A stretch of 64,000 nucleotides of DNA, taken from NCBI GenBank assembly GCA_040219255.1, contig JAVJSW010000011.1, forward strand, positions 28,414 through 92,413, given 5' to 3'. The notes under the pieces are model-generated. The model saw only the letters and a list, made by a program, of their open reading frames with translations. It did not search any database and was not told the DNA's origin. Every line of letters begins with the position of its first letter. Position 1 is the stretch's first letter. Positions 37,739-48,822 of the stretch are shown one piece after another. This DNA is from Sumerlaeia bacterium (GTDB taxonomy: Bacteria; Sumerlaeota; Sumerlaeia; SLMS01; JAHLLQ01). The position numbers were made by a program, and so were the translations under genes.

Positions 37739-37999
37739 TCAGTCACCCAAGGCGGCAAGCAGCTTGAAGACCAGCTTGAAGAAGCCAGCGACGAACGCAA
37801 AGACGAAGCGGATTGCGCCGATCACGAGGTTGAGAAGGCATCCCGCTCCCTCCACCGCGTTGGCCAGATCTCCGCCGTCGATGCCAGACGGTTCGCCTCC
37901 TCCACCGGCGTCGGCGGATGGGGCGTTATCCCTTTTCTGTCGGGGCGCGGCCGGCGGCGCTTTTCCCAGCACCTGCTCGACGTCGGGCATGGGCTCCAT
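37739..37999 (-). CDS. Small hypothetical membrane-associated protein
   Basis: 86 aa with amphipathic C-terminal helix; co-oriented between thrC and the membrane proteins. Confidence 0.6.
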   Translation of the reverse strand: MEPMPDVEQVLGKAPPAAPRQKRDNAPSADAGGGGEPSGIDGGDLANAVEGAGCLLNLVIGAIRFVFAFVAGFFKLVFKLLAALGD

Positions 38000-38047
38000 A
38001 GGCTCGGGCCTCGAGTGGTCTCTATGCTTTACGAAGCGCTCCGAGCG

Positions 38048-39304
38048 TTATTCAAGGGCGAGCGCTTTTTTCAGGGCCTTCAACTTCGGCTTCACCGGTT
38101 CGGGCATCTTGTAGCACTTCATGGCGCCGCGGACGTCCTTGAGGCCGGTGCCGGTGAGGACGACGACGATTTCCTCGTCGCGCGAAAGATAGCCGCGCTC
38201 GGCCGCTTTCTCGACTCCGGCGGCGGTAATGGCGCAACTCGGTTCGACGAAGAGGCCCGTTTCCGCGGCCAATTCGCGCATGGCCTGGCGGATTTCATCC
38301 TCCGAGACGGCGACGCCCGCGCCGTCCGAGTCGCGGATGTCGCGAAGGGCGAGGAGCCCGTTCCGCGGCGCTTCCACGACAATGCTTTCGGCCATGCTCT
38401 TGGCGCCGGGGACGACGATCGGTTCCGGCAGGTCGTCGCGCCAGGCGCGCACGATGGTGTTGGAGCCCTCGGCCTGCACGGCCAGCAGTTTGGGCATCTT
38501 GTCGATCAGGCGGGCGCCCAGCAGATCGCGGAAACCCTTGGCCAGACCGGAGATAATGCACCCATCGCCGACAGAAACCGCGATCCAGTCGGGCGCTCGC
38601 CACCCGAGCTGCTCGGCGATTTCGAAAGCCGGAACCCGTTTGCCATCAATGGTCCACGGGTTATAGGCGGTGTTGCGATTGTACCAGCCGAATTCCTCCG
38701 TCGCGCGCAGGCAAAGTTCGAACGCGTCGTCGTAGGTGCCCGCCACGCGAACCACCGTGGCGCCGTAAGCGAGAAGCTGACAGAGCTTTCCTTCGGGGGC
38801 GCTTTCGGGGACAAAGACGATCGCTTCCATCCCCGCGGCGGCGCACATCCCGGCCAGGGCCGTCCCCGCATTACCGGTCGAGGCGGCGGTCACGCGGGTG
38901 ATACCGAGCTGCTTGGCCTTGGCCACCACCATAACCGAGGCGCGGTCCTTGAAGGACCCGGTCGGGTTGCGGGCTTCGTCCTTGAACCAGAGGCGGGCGA
39001 AGCCGCGTTTCTGGCCCCAGCGGCCGCCGCTCTCCAGGGGGGTGCCGCCCACCTGAAGGGGCGGCAGCAGATCGGGCGAGGGCAGGGGCAGCAGGGGCAG
39101 ATAGCGCGCGGTGCCCTGTCGGCCGGTGTCGGCGAAATGGCGGGGTTCGATCGGTTTGGCGGCGAAATCGTACTCGACTTCGAGAACGCCTCTCAGGATG
39201 CCGCCTGGTGGTGTTTTGGGCCCTTCTTCTTCACAGAGATACGTGATCGCGGAGGGGTCGTAGGAACGGCCGGAGGCGCGACAAACGAGGCGGTGGGGGA
39301 GCAT
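38048..39304 (-). CDS. thrC: Threonine synthase (PLP fold II)
   Basis: GGTPL, KDEARNPTGSFKDR, ASTGNAG, VGDG, VEP, LTGTGLKD. Confidence 0.88.
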   Translation of the reverse strand: MLPHRLVCRASGRSYDPSAITYLCEEEGPKTPPGGILRGVLEVEYDFAAKPIEPRHFADTGRQGTARYLPLLPLPSPDLLPPLQVGGTPLESGGRWGQKRGFARLWFKDEARNPTGSFKDRASVMVVAKAKQLGITRVTAASTGNAGTALAGMCAAAGMEAIVFVPESAPEGKLCQLLAYGATVVRVAGTYDDAFELCLRATEEFGWYNRNTAYNPWTIDGKRVPAFEIAEQLGWRAPDWIAVSVGDGCIISGLAKGFRDLLGARLIDKMPKLLAVQAEGSNTIVRAWRDDLPEPIVVPGAKSMAESIVVEAPRNGLLALRDIRDSDGAGVAVSEDEIRQAMRELAAETGLFVEPSCAITAAGVEKAAERGYLSRDEEIVVVLTGTGLKDVRGAMKCYKMPEPVKPKLKALKKALALE

Positions 39305-39493
39305 GGCGGGTGTCCTTCCGGTGCGGCATGATCGGGGATTAGGGCGCCATCTCGCGGGGATTGCAATGGCATTGACACTTGCGCTCCCAAAGGGTCATAT
39401 TTTGTGCTTGTACCAAGCCGGAAGAGGTCCGCCCGGAGGGGCTCAGCCAATTCCTGACGCAGCCCAGAAATTATGGACCACTAAAGGGACGTT

Positions 39494-40330
39494 ATGAGCC
39501 AAGCCCAGGACTACTACCGCATACTCGGGGTTTCCCGCGATGCGCTCGACCGGGAAATCAAGAAGAAGTATTACGAGCTGGCTCGTGAGCTGCACCCGGA
39601 CAAGGCCTCCTCTCCCGAGGAAGCGGATCAGAACGCCCGCAAGCTTGCCACCATGACAGAGGCGTACAACACGCTGAAGGACGCGGCGAAACGGGCGGAG
39701 TACGACAAGACGCTGCGCGGGCGGCCCGCTGGAGCCGCCACCGCTTCCGCCGCGCCGTCCGCTCCGGCCAAGCCCAACTCGCCTGGCGGGGGAGGAGCGG
39801 CCGCGCCGCCGGAACCGGCACGAAGTTCTTCGGCCTCGGTGTCCACATCCCAGGTTTCTTCCGGCGGTTCGAATTCCGCCTCGCAAACCGAGCAGAAAAA
39901 AAAGATGGCCCAGAAGGCGTTCATCAAGGGGCTCCAGCACCTCAAGAACCAGGAGCACAAGGAGGCGCTGCCCTTCTTCGAGGCGGCCGTGAAAAACGAC
40001 CCGGAGAGCGACTCCCAGTACCACATCAAGTACGCGCAGGCGCTGATCAAGACGAAGGGCAGTTTCACCAAGGCGGTCGAGCACGCCACCATCGCCACGG
40101 AAATGGACCCGTACAGCACCGAATACAAGATCATTCTCGGCGACATCTACGAGACCGCGGGGGTGAAGAGCAAGGCGATCGAAGTTTACCAGGACGTGTT
40201 GAGATGGGATAAGGAGAACCAGTACGCCAAGCTGCGGCTGGGGCTTCTGGGCATCGCGATCCCCGGTCAAAAGAAGAGGAAGGACAACGGGATCCTCGCC
40301 AAGATCTTTCCTTCGCTATTCAACAAATAG
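39494..40330 (+). CDS. J-domain protein with C-terminal TPRs
   Basis: DYYRILGV..IKKKY..LHPDK..EAYNTL.D..R..YD; low-complexity linker; TPR motifs. Confidence 0.92.
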   Translation: MSQAQDYYRILGVSRDALDREIKKKYYELARELHPDKASSPEEADQNARKLATMTEAYNTLKDAAKRAEYDKTLRGRPAGAATASAAPSAPAKPNSPGGGGAAAPPEPARSSSASVSTSQVSSGGSNSASQTEQKKKMAQKAFIKGLQHLKNQEHKEALPFFEAAVKNDPESDSQYHIKYAQALIKTKGSFTKAVEHATIATEMDPYSTEYKIILGDIYETAGVKSKAIEVYQDVLRWDKENQYAKLRLGLLGIAIPGQKKRKDNGILAKIFPSLFNK

Positions 40331-40340
40331 GTTTCCCGAT

Positions 40341-40364
40341 AGCCCGGCCGCAGGCGGCCGGGCT
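40341..40364. other. Intercistronic hairpin
   Basis: AGCCCGGCCG-CAGG-CGGCCGGGCT, perfect 10-bp stem without a U-tract. Confidence 0.55.
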
Positions 40365-40408
40365 CAATCCCTTGCGCCAGCCCAACCCCGAATCAGGCGA
40401 TCGTTTCT

Positions 40409-42787
40409 ATGTCCCGCACCATCGGTATCGATCTCGGAACCACGAACTCCGTCGTGGCCTTCATGGAGGGCGACCGGTACGAGACCATTCCCAACGCGGA
40501 AGGCTCGAAGACGACCCCCTCAGTGGTTCTGTTCACCCCCGAGGAAGTGATCGTGGGCGAACTGGCCAAGCGCCAGACCGTGACCCAGCCAGGCCAGGTA
40601 ATCCGCTCCGTCAAGCGCATCATGGGCAAGCGCTACGAGGACGTCACCGAGCACGAGCGTGAGGACCTGCCCTTCGAAATCGTCGCGCTGGAAAACGGCA
40701 TGGCAGCCGTGCGCATCGGCGATGGCCAAGTGCTTCGGCCCGAGGAAGTTTCCGCCCGAATCCTTTACAAGATGCGCGAAACCGCGGAGAGATTCCTCGA
40801 CACCGACGTCGAAGACGCCGTGATCACCGTTCCCGCCCACTTCAACGATCAGCAGCGGACCGCCACGAAGCTGGCCGCCGAAGCGGCCGGCCTCAACGTG
40901 CTGCGCATTGTCAATGAACCGACGGCCGCCGCGCTGGCCTATGGCTATGGGCGCGAGGGGGGGCGCCATCGTGACGAGCGGGTGGCTGTCTTCGATTTCG
41001 GCGGCGGCACTTTCGATGTTTCGATCCTTGAAATTTCCAAGGATATCTTCGAGGTGATCTCGACCGGGGGCGACAATCACCTGGGCGGCGACGATGTGGA
41101 CAATCGTCTGGTGCAGGAAATCTGCGACGGCATTCTGGCACAGACGTCGATCGACCCGACGCAGGACCCGCAATCGCTGCAGCGCATCCGTGAAGCCGCG
41201 GAAAAGGCCAAGTGCGACTTGTCTTCGATGAACAGCACGCAGATTTCCCTGCCGTTCATCGTGGCCGATTCGAGCGGGCCCAAGCACTTCAACATGGAAC
41301 TCGACCGCGCGAAATTCAACGCGCTGATGGAACCCCTGTTCCAGCGCCTTCTCGCCCCTTGCCGCCAGGCGCTGGCGGACGCTGGCGTCGGCCCGGAGAA
41401 GATCGATCACGTACTCCTGGTCGGTGGCTCGACCCGCATCCCCAGGGTACAGGAACTGGTCGAGGAATTCTTTGGCCAACCGCCGAATCGGTCGGTGAAC
41501 CCGGACGAGGTGGTGGCTTGCGGCGCGGCGGTGCAGAGCGGCGTCGTCTCCGGCTCGATCCGCGAGGTGCTGCTTCTCGATGTGACGCCGCTGACGCTGG
41601 GCCTCGAAGTGGCCGGCGGGATTTTCAAACCGCTGATCCAGCGCAATTCCACGCTGCCATGCGAAGCGTCGAAAAAATTCACCACCGTCGTGGACAATCA
41701 GACGAGCGTCATGGTGCACGTCCTGCAGGGTGAGCGTTCCCGCGCGACGGAGAATCACTCGCTGGCCAAGTTCCGCCTCACCGGCATCGCGCCCGCCCCG
41801 AAGGAACTTCCGGAAATCGAAGTGCGCTTCAACATCGACGCGAACGGAATCCTGTCGGTGTCGGCGCTGGACCTGGCAACGGGAATGGAAACCGGTGTGG
41901 TCGTCGAGGATTACGGCGAGATGGGTCTGACGAAAGATCAGATCGAAAGCATCGTCTCGAGCGCGCGCGATCATCAGGCGGACGACGAAGCCTATGTGCG
42001 CTTTTCTTCGCGGCGCCAGGAGAGCGAGCGCCTGCAAGATCGCGCCAACAAGATCATCGCCGCCCTGGGTGAAGACCTGGTGGAAGCCGATCTCAAGTTG
42101 CTCAAGGAAAGCTTGCTCAAGCTCGACCTGGCCATGATGGACATGGACACGCGCAAGATGGAAAGCTTCGAGGACATCATCGTGGAAGTCCTCGAGAAGT
42201 ATAAGGAAAAGATCGAAAACCTGCGGACGCAAAGCCAGGAATTCTCGATCCACTCGGATTTCGCCCTGCCGGGCCGCATGCAGGAGGTTCTCGAGCGCAA
42301 GCGCCCCAAAGAAGTTCCCGAGGAAGAACTCGAAGAGGACGGCGAGGACATCTACGAGCGAGACACAGCCGCCGTGAACGCCGATGAAATCGGACTCGCA
42401 CTCGAGAACGCGCAAATCATCCGCGACGACGACATCGAGCCGATGGCTCGCATCGACGAGTCGGTGGATGAAGAATTCGAGGAGAGTGCGACGCCCATCA
42501 CCGTTCCGGCGAAAATCCAGGAACTCGAAGACTCGCGCGTCCTTCCCGAAAAGAAGCTCCCCGCCCGCCAACCGGCGCCGGCCAAAGCGCAAGAAAGCCC
42601 GAAGGATCCACCCGGCCCCAAGGCGCCGGAATCTTCAAAGCCCGAAGCGCCAAAGTCCGAAGCGCCAAAACCCCCCAAGCCCAAGTCTGAGACCCGCGAG
42701 CCTGAAACCTATCTGCCCCCGGTGGAAGCGGAACCGGAAGAGGACTTTGACCTCTCGAATGCTCCGCCGCCCCCGCCCCGGGCCTAG
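40409..42787 (+). CDS. dnaK: Hsp70/DnaK paralog with long acidic, Pro-rich C-terminal extension
   Basis: GIDLGTTNS, TVPAHFND, NEPTAAALAYG, DFGGGTFDVS, VGGSTRIP, LLLDVTPL, FNIDANGIL. Confidence 0.9.
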   Translation: MSRTIGIDLGTTNSVVAFMEGDRYETIPNAEGSKTTPSVVLFTPEEVIVGELAKRQTVTQPGQVIRSVKRIMGKRYEDVTEHEREDLPFEIVALENGMAAVRIGDGQVLRPEEVSARILYKMRETAERFLDTDVEDAVITVPAHFNDQQRTATKLAAEAAGLNVLRIVNEPTAAALAYGYGREGGRHRDERVAVFDFGGGTFDVSILEISKDIFEVISTGGDNHLGGDDVDNRLVQEICDGILAQTSIDPTQDPQSLQRIREAAEKAKCDLSSMNSTQISLPFIVADSSGPKHFNMELDRAKFNALMEPLFQRLLAPCRQALADAGVGPEKIDHVLLVGGSTRIPRVQELVEEFFGQPPNRSVNPDEVVACGAAVQSGVVSGSIREVLLLDVTPLTLGLEVAGGIFKPLIQRNSTLPCEASKKFTTVVDNQTSVMVHVLQGERSRATENHSLAKFRLTGIAPAPKELPEIEVRFNIDANGILSVSALDLATGMETGVVVEDYGEMGLTKDQIESIVSSARDHQADDEAYVRFSSRRQESERLQDRANKIIAALGEDLVEADLKLLKESLLKLDLAMMDMDTRKMESFEDIIVEVLEKYKEKIENLRTQSQEFSIHSDFALPGRMQEVLERKRPKEVPEEELEEDGEDIYERDTAAVNADEIGLALENAQIIRDDDIEPMARIDESVDEEFEESATPITVPAKIQELEDSRVLPEKKLPARQPAPAKAQESPKDPPGPKAPESSKPEAPKSEAPKPPKPKSETREPETYLPPVEAEPEEDFDLSNAPPPPPRA

Positions 42788-42794
42788 CGACGCC

Positions 42795-43931
42795 GTGCCA
42801 CCACGCGTTCTCGTTTCGCTCAGCACGTTCAAGGGGAGCGTGACCGGTCAGCAGGCGGGCGAGGCCTTCTCCGAAGGTCTGCGCGCGGCTCTTCCTCATG
42901 CTGAGACCCACATCATGCCGTTGGCCGATGGAGGCGGTGGGACGCTGGATGCGCTCGCCGCGGAAAACGAAACGCTGGAGTTCCGCCACTCGCGGGTCAG
43001 CGGTCCGCTCGGCGAACCCGTGACTGCGCCGTGGCTCTACTCCGCCGCCCACCAGACCGCCGTGATCGAAATGCGCGCCGCCGCGGGCCTGGACCTCGTC
43101 CCGCTCGACCGCAGAAATCCTTGCGAAACGACGACTTATGGAGTCGGCGAGCTGATCGGCGAAGCCAAGAAAGCCGGCGCGCGGCACTTGTTGCTCGGCC
43201 TCGGCGATTCGGCCACGGCGGATTGCGGGGCGGGAATGCTCCAGGGCCTTGGCGCGAAGTTCTCCGATCAACGCGGCGAACTGTTGGAGCGGCCCGTCCG
43301 CGGCGGCGATCTGCCGCGCATTCACAGCGTCGGCTTAGGCCCGGTGCGGCGATTTCTCGATGAATTCGCCAGCTTCAAAGTGCTTTGCGACGTCGAGAAT
43401 CCGCTCCTTGGCCCCGCCGGGGCGGCGGAGTTTTTCGCACAGAAAGGGGCGACGGAGGAGCAATGCCGCCGCCTTGAAGAAGGCTTCGAGACCTTCGTAT
43501 CGCTTCTCGAAGCGGACGCCCACGCCACCGTTCGCAGCCGGCCCGGGGCCGGAGCGGCGGGGGGTCTGGGAGCGGCCTGCGCCATTTGCCGGGGGAGGCT
43601 CCTGCCCGGCGCGTCCACCGTGATGGCCATGATCGGATTCCAAAAACACCTGGAGTGGGCGGACCTGCTTGTGCTGGGGGAGGGAGCCTTCGACAGCCAG
43701 AGCCTGGGCGGCAAGGCTTCCGGCACAGCGCTGCATCGCGCCCGGGCGCGAGGCGTTCCGGTGCTGCTGATTTGCGGCAAGGTGAAATTGCCGGAGCACG
43801 CGCTCTCCGGCTTTCAGCATGTCACGGTGAAAGCCTTGACATCGGGGGGCGAGCCGCCGCCCGGCCCCGAAGAGACCTTGAACCGCATCGCGGCCATCGG
43901 CCGCGCGGCTTGCCTTGGCATGATCGCCTGA
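42795..43931 (+). CDS. glxK: Glycerate kinase (GlxK family)
   Basis: FKGS, PLADGG.GT, AVIEM..AAGL, TTYGVGELI, CDVENPLLG..GA, GAGAAGGLG, GEG.FD.QS..GK. Confidence 0.9.
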   Translation: MPPRVLVSLSTFKGSVTGQQAGEAFSEGLRAALPHAETHIMPLADGGGGTLDALAAENETLEFRHSRVSGPLGEPVTAPWLYSAAHQTAVIEMRAAAGLDLVPLDRRNPCETTTYGVGELIGEAKKAGARHLLLGLGDSATADCGAGMLQGLGAKFSDQRGELLERPVRGGDLPRIHSVGLGPVRRFLDEFASFKVLCDVENPLLGPAGAAEFFAQKGATEEQCRRLEEGFETFVSLLEADAHATVRSRPGAGAAGGLGAACAICRGRLLPGASTVMAMIGFQKHLEWADLLVLGEGAFDSQSLGGKASGTALHRARARGVPVLLICGKVKLPEHALSGFQHVTVKALTSGGEPPPGPEETLNRIAAIGRAACLGMIA

Positions 43932-43974
43932 GACTCAGCCGAGTGGCGCGGTTCCTCGGCCGCCGCGGTTCCGT

Positions 43975-44751
43975 TTAGTCGTACTTCGACCAATCGTTCA
44001 CACTGGCGCCGCCGGTGACGACCTCTTGGGTGATGTCATCGGCCAGGATGCCATTGAACGACGAGATGTTGAACCCGAGGACACCGACTTGAATTTCGGT
44101 GTCGATCGCGGGCAGTGTATCCGTGACGGGGGAAAAGGACGGGGCGGCGCCATTGACAGACAGTTGAATCTGATCGGCTCCCACGAAAGTGATCTGGAAC
44201 GTATTCCAGCCCGGGATCGTCATGTTCGAGTCGTCCAGGGCCGTGTCGGTGCCCAGGGTGGTGAAGGAGGCGCCACCGAACCGCTGAAGGAACACCTCGT
44301 TGTTGCGATAGCCGAAGCGGTAATAGGCTTCGTTCTGAGCCAGAGTTCCATCGTTGATAGCGAGCAGGGCGACATTGCCTTCGTTGGCCGCCGCCGAGGC
44401 GACGACGTAAATCTTGGCGGTCAATGTGGCGCTCGTAAAGGAAACGGCGGTGCGGTCGAAAGCGGTGCCGCCAACGGCGGAGGCGAGGCCGAAGGAATCG
44501 TTGTCATCGTCCGCCACACGGAGCGCGAAGGTGCCGGAGGGGGGAGGGAAGGCGCCTGGGAAATCGGCGTCCGCGGTGACCGCCGCCGGCTCGTCATTGT
44601 AGGTGTCGGGGCGCGTGATCGATTGGAACGACTGGGTCGTTCCGTCGTCAAAGTCATAGACAGTGGGCTGGGCAAGCGCCGGCAGAGTCAGGCCAAGGGC
44701 GGCGAGCAGCAGAGCGAACTGCAAAAAAAATGGGGTCCGGTTTATGGGCAT
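43975..44751 (-). CDS. Secreted beta-rich protein with C-terminal ASVNDWSKYD tail
   Basis: Signal peptide ending ALA|Q; T/D/G/F-rich jelly-roll-like body. Confidence 0.85.
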   Translation of the reverse strand: MPINRTPFFLQFALLLAALGLTLPALAQPTVYDFDDGTTQSFQSITRPDTYNDEPAAVTADADFPGAFPPPSGTFALRVADDDNDSFGLASAVGGTAFDRTAVSFTSATLTAKIYVVASAAANEGNVALLAINDGTLAQNEAYYRFGYRNNEVFLQRFGGASFTTLGTDTALDDSNMTIPGWNTFQITFVGADQIQLSVNGAAPSFSPVTDTLPAIDTEIQVGVLGFNISSFNGILADDITQEVVTGGASVNDWSKYD

Positions 44752-44985
44752 GGGAAAAACCTGCGATGGTGAAAATTGGGCTAGGCATCAAAAGAGTGCC
44801 ACGCTTCATCAAAGGGTTTTTACGACCCGCCGTCAAAGGAAATCCTGGCGCAGCGAAAGCTTCCTGGACACGACAGCGGAGACTAGCGCCACGGTCTCAG
44901 AGGGTATTACGGGATGTGATCGAAAGATTGTCGTTCACGCCCCAGACGGGGGGGGCACAAAATGAGGCAGGGTGAACGACCGTTC

Positions 44986-45031
44986 AAAAAAAGGCCGGCC
45001 GCTTTTGTTTGCGCGACTGCGGAAGCGGCCG
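44986..45031 (-). terminator. Possible intrinsic terminator of the ptsH-ptsI-ORF unit
   Basis: 9-bp IR CGGCCGCTT/AAGCGGCCG with a long loop, followed on the minus strand by a T7 tract. Confidence 0.4.
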
Positions 45032-45089
45032 AAGTGCCCAACCAACACTGTCGTCCGGCGGCGAGGCCGCGGGACTGGCGGGGGGTAGA

Positions 45090-45527
45090 TTACTCTTGGA
45101 CGTCGAAGACTTCGAAGCAGCGGAAGCCGAATTCCCGGGCGGCGCGCTGTTGATCGGGAAAGCCCATGAAATCCTTCAGGCCTTCTTGTCTGGCGCGCCA
45201 GGCGCAGTCCCAAACGAAGGAGACGGTCTTTTCGCGGCCCTCGGTGTCGCGGACAGTCATGCGGCCGCGGAAGTCCGAGCAGCCCGATTGGCCGTCGAGG
45301 GAAACGCTTTCGAGGGCGAAGCGGGGCTCGGTCTCGAGGAATTGCATGATAGTTCGCAGGACTTTGACGGGCGGGCTGCCGGAGTTGAAAGCGATGTGCT
45401 CCCGATCGGCGAGATCGCCGGCCCGGCGGGCGCCGGCGAGAGATCTGGCGGCTTCGGAGAACGCATCGGTGGCGGCGCTGGCCTGCAAGAGATCGTCCAA
45501 AGTGGGCAGTTGAGTCTGAGAAGTCAT
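45090..45527 (-). CDS. Hypothetical protein with three spaced Cys
   Basis: Natural composition; SGCSDF.G, FVWDC.W.A, PDQ.RAAREFG.RCF. Confidence 0.75.
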   Translation of the reverse strand: MTSQTQLPTLDDLLQASAATDAFSEAARSLAGARRAGDLADREHIAFNSGSPPVKVLRTIMQFLETEPRFALESVSLDGQSGCSDFRGRMTVRDTEGREKTVSFVWDCAWRARQEGLKDFMGFPDQQRAAREFGFRCFEVFDVQE

Positions 45528-45574
45528 CGAAGCGGTCGGTCCTGGGAAAGAACTTGCGGACGCTCGCAGAGGCG

Positions 45575-47380
<1,806 letters not shown>

Positions 47381-47513
47381 CCTGGTGCCCATTATCTAGC
47401 TGTCGCGGCCTTGAGGGGTAACCGCGCGGAAAAGTCTCCCCGGAGAAGAGACGTCTGACGCCGGGGAAGCAAAGGGGGCGAAGACAAAACAAGGAGAGGG
47501 CGCCCCGGCAAGG

Positions 47514-47807
47514 CTAATCCGCGAGTTCTTCGCCGAAACCCGCATCGATGAGCGACCGGATTTCTTCGCAGAGGTCCTCTTGACCTTCGCCTTCGACCAC
47601 GATTTTCAGGTCCGTTCCCGGTCCGGCGCCAAGCATCATCATGCCCATGATGCTCTTGCCGTTCACGGCCATGCCGCCGTCCCGGCAAACGGTCACCTCG
47701 CAATTCTCGTACTGACCGGTGATGCGCACGAATTGCGCCGCGGGCCGCGCGTGCAGGCCTTGACGATTGCGTACCGTGACCGTGATTTCCATAGGCAGGG
47801 TTTTCAC
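47514..47807 (-). CDS. ptsH: HPr phosphocarrier
   Basis: N.QGLHARPAA, VNGKSIMGMMMLGA; alternative ATG at 47792. Confidence 0.95.
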   Translation of the reverse strand: MKTLPMEITVTVRNRQGLHARPAAQFVRITGQYENCEVTVCRDGGMAVNGKSIMGMMMLGAGPGTDLKIVVEGEGQEDLCEEIRSLIDAGFGEELAD

Positions 47808-48119
47808 CTTACCGCGCCTTCTCTCCGAACGAGTTGGGACTCGCAGGGAGGCATTTGTCGAGACGCGCCGCCGGAAACAAAGCGCATCCCAAACGAGGCG
47901 TCAAGCACCCCGAGGGGTGCAACTCCGAGTTCGATGTGCAACCAGTTGACATCAACAGATTCTTCCCCCTTCTCGAAAATCTCCCTTGAATCGACTTTCA
48001 GCGAAAGCTCATTTCCCCAATTTGTCAAGCGCGAGTTGCCCGCTCGGGAAGAACTCCCTTGCGATTCCGCCGCCACGCCCCCTTTCTCTTCCACCCAACC
48101 TTCAACACGAAAGGCTCCG

Positions 48120-48782
48120 ATGACACAAGCTGCGCAACCTCACCAACCCCAAAGCGATGAGCGGGAAACCTGGCGCGTCTTCATCGCCTTGCAGCTGAGC
48201 GGCGAGGTACTCGAGGCCCTGACGGATCGATGCCGCCGACTGGAAAGCGCCGCCCGCTTCATGCCCCTGCGGATCAACTGGGTTAATCCCGAGAATTTTC
48301 ATCTGACTTTGCATTTCCTTGGTCCTATCCCCCGGATTGCCGTCGGCACGTTGGCCAAGAATCTTTCCTCCGCCATCGCGGGAATCGGGCCGGTCGCCCT
48401 CGACGTGCGCCATATCGGCTATTTTCCCCATGACAAGGCACCCCGGGTTTTCTGGGCCGGCATCCATCGGCCCCCGGGTGCGCTGGCAGGGCTGCGGGCG
48501 AGTCTGGAGCGGATGATCCGCAGGGCGGGTCTCGAGGTTCCCGCCGTCGATTACCAACCGCACATCACCCTGGCGCGCTTCAAGAGCCTTCGCGGCACCG
48601 GGGCCTTCACCAAGGTGGCGGCCCAGACCAGGTACGAGAAGTTCGGCGTTTCCCAATGCAGCCGCGTCGTTCTCTATCGCAGTCAAATCGACCCGGCGGG
48701 CGCGGGGTACACGGAGTTGGCCGCCGCGGAACTGAAGCCTCTTCCGCAGGATGAAGCCCCCGCCGAAGCTCCCAGGGACTGA
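48120..48782 (+). CDS. thpR: RNA 2',3'-cyclic phosphodiesterase (2H family)
   Basis: RVFIAL, HLTLHFLG, PRVFWAG, PHITLAR, LYRS. Confidence 0.92.
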   Translation: MTQAAQPHQPQSDERETWRVFIALQLSGEVLEALTDRCRRLESAARFMPLRINWVNPENFHLTLHFLGPIPRIAVGTLAKNLSSAIAGIGPVALDVRHIGYFPHDKAPRVFWAGIHRPPGALAGLRASLERMIRRAGLEVPAVDYQPHITLARFKSLRGTGAFTKVAAQTRYEKFGVSQCSRVVLYRSQIDPAGAGYTELAAAELKPLPQDEAPAEAPRD

Positions 48783-48822
48783 AAGTCTTGCGCCCCGCGC
48801 TCCGGTCCCGTCCGATCCCGCC

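Noticed and set aside
40520-42592. 690-aa ORF antisense to dnaK
   Set aside because: Long antisense ORFs opposite hsp70 genes are a well-known codon-bias effect
44785-44801. Sigma54 promoter (TGGCAC on the minus strand) before the secreted protein
   Set aside because: The -12 position reads AT rather than GC at the required spacing
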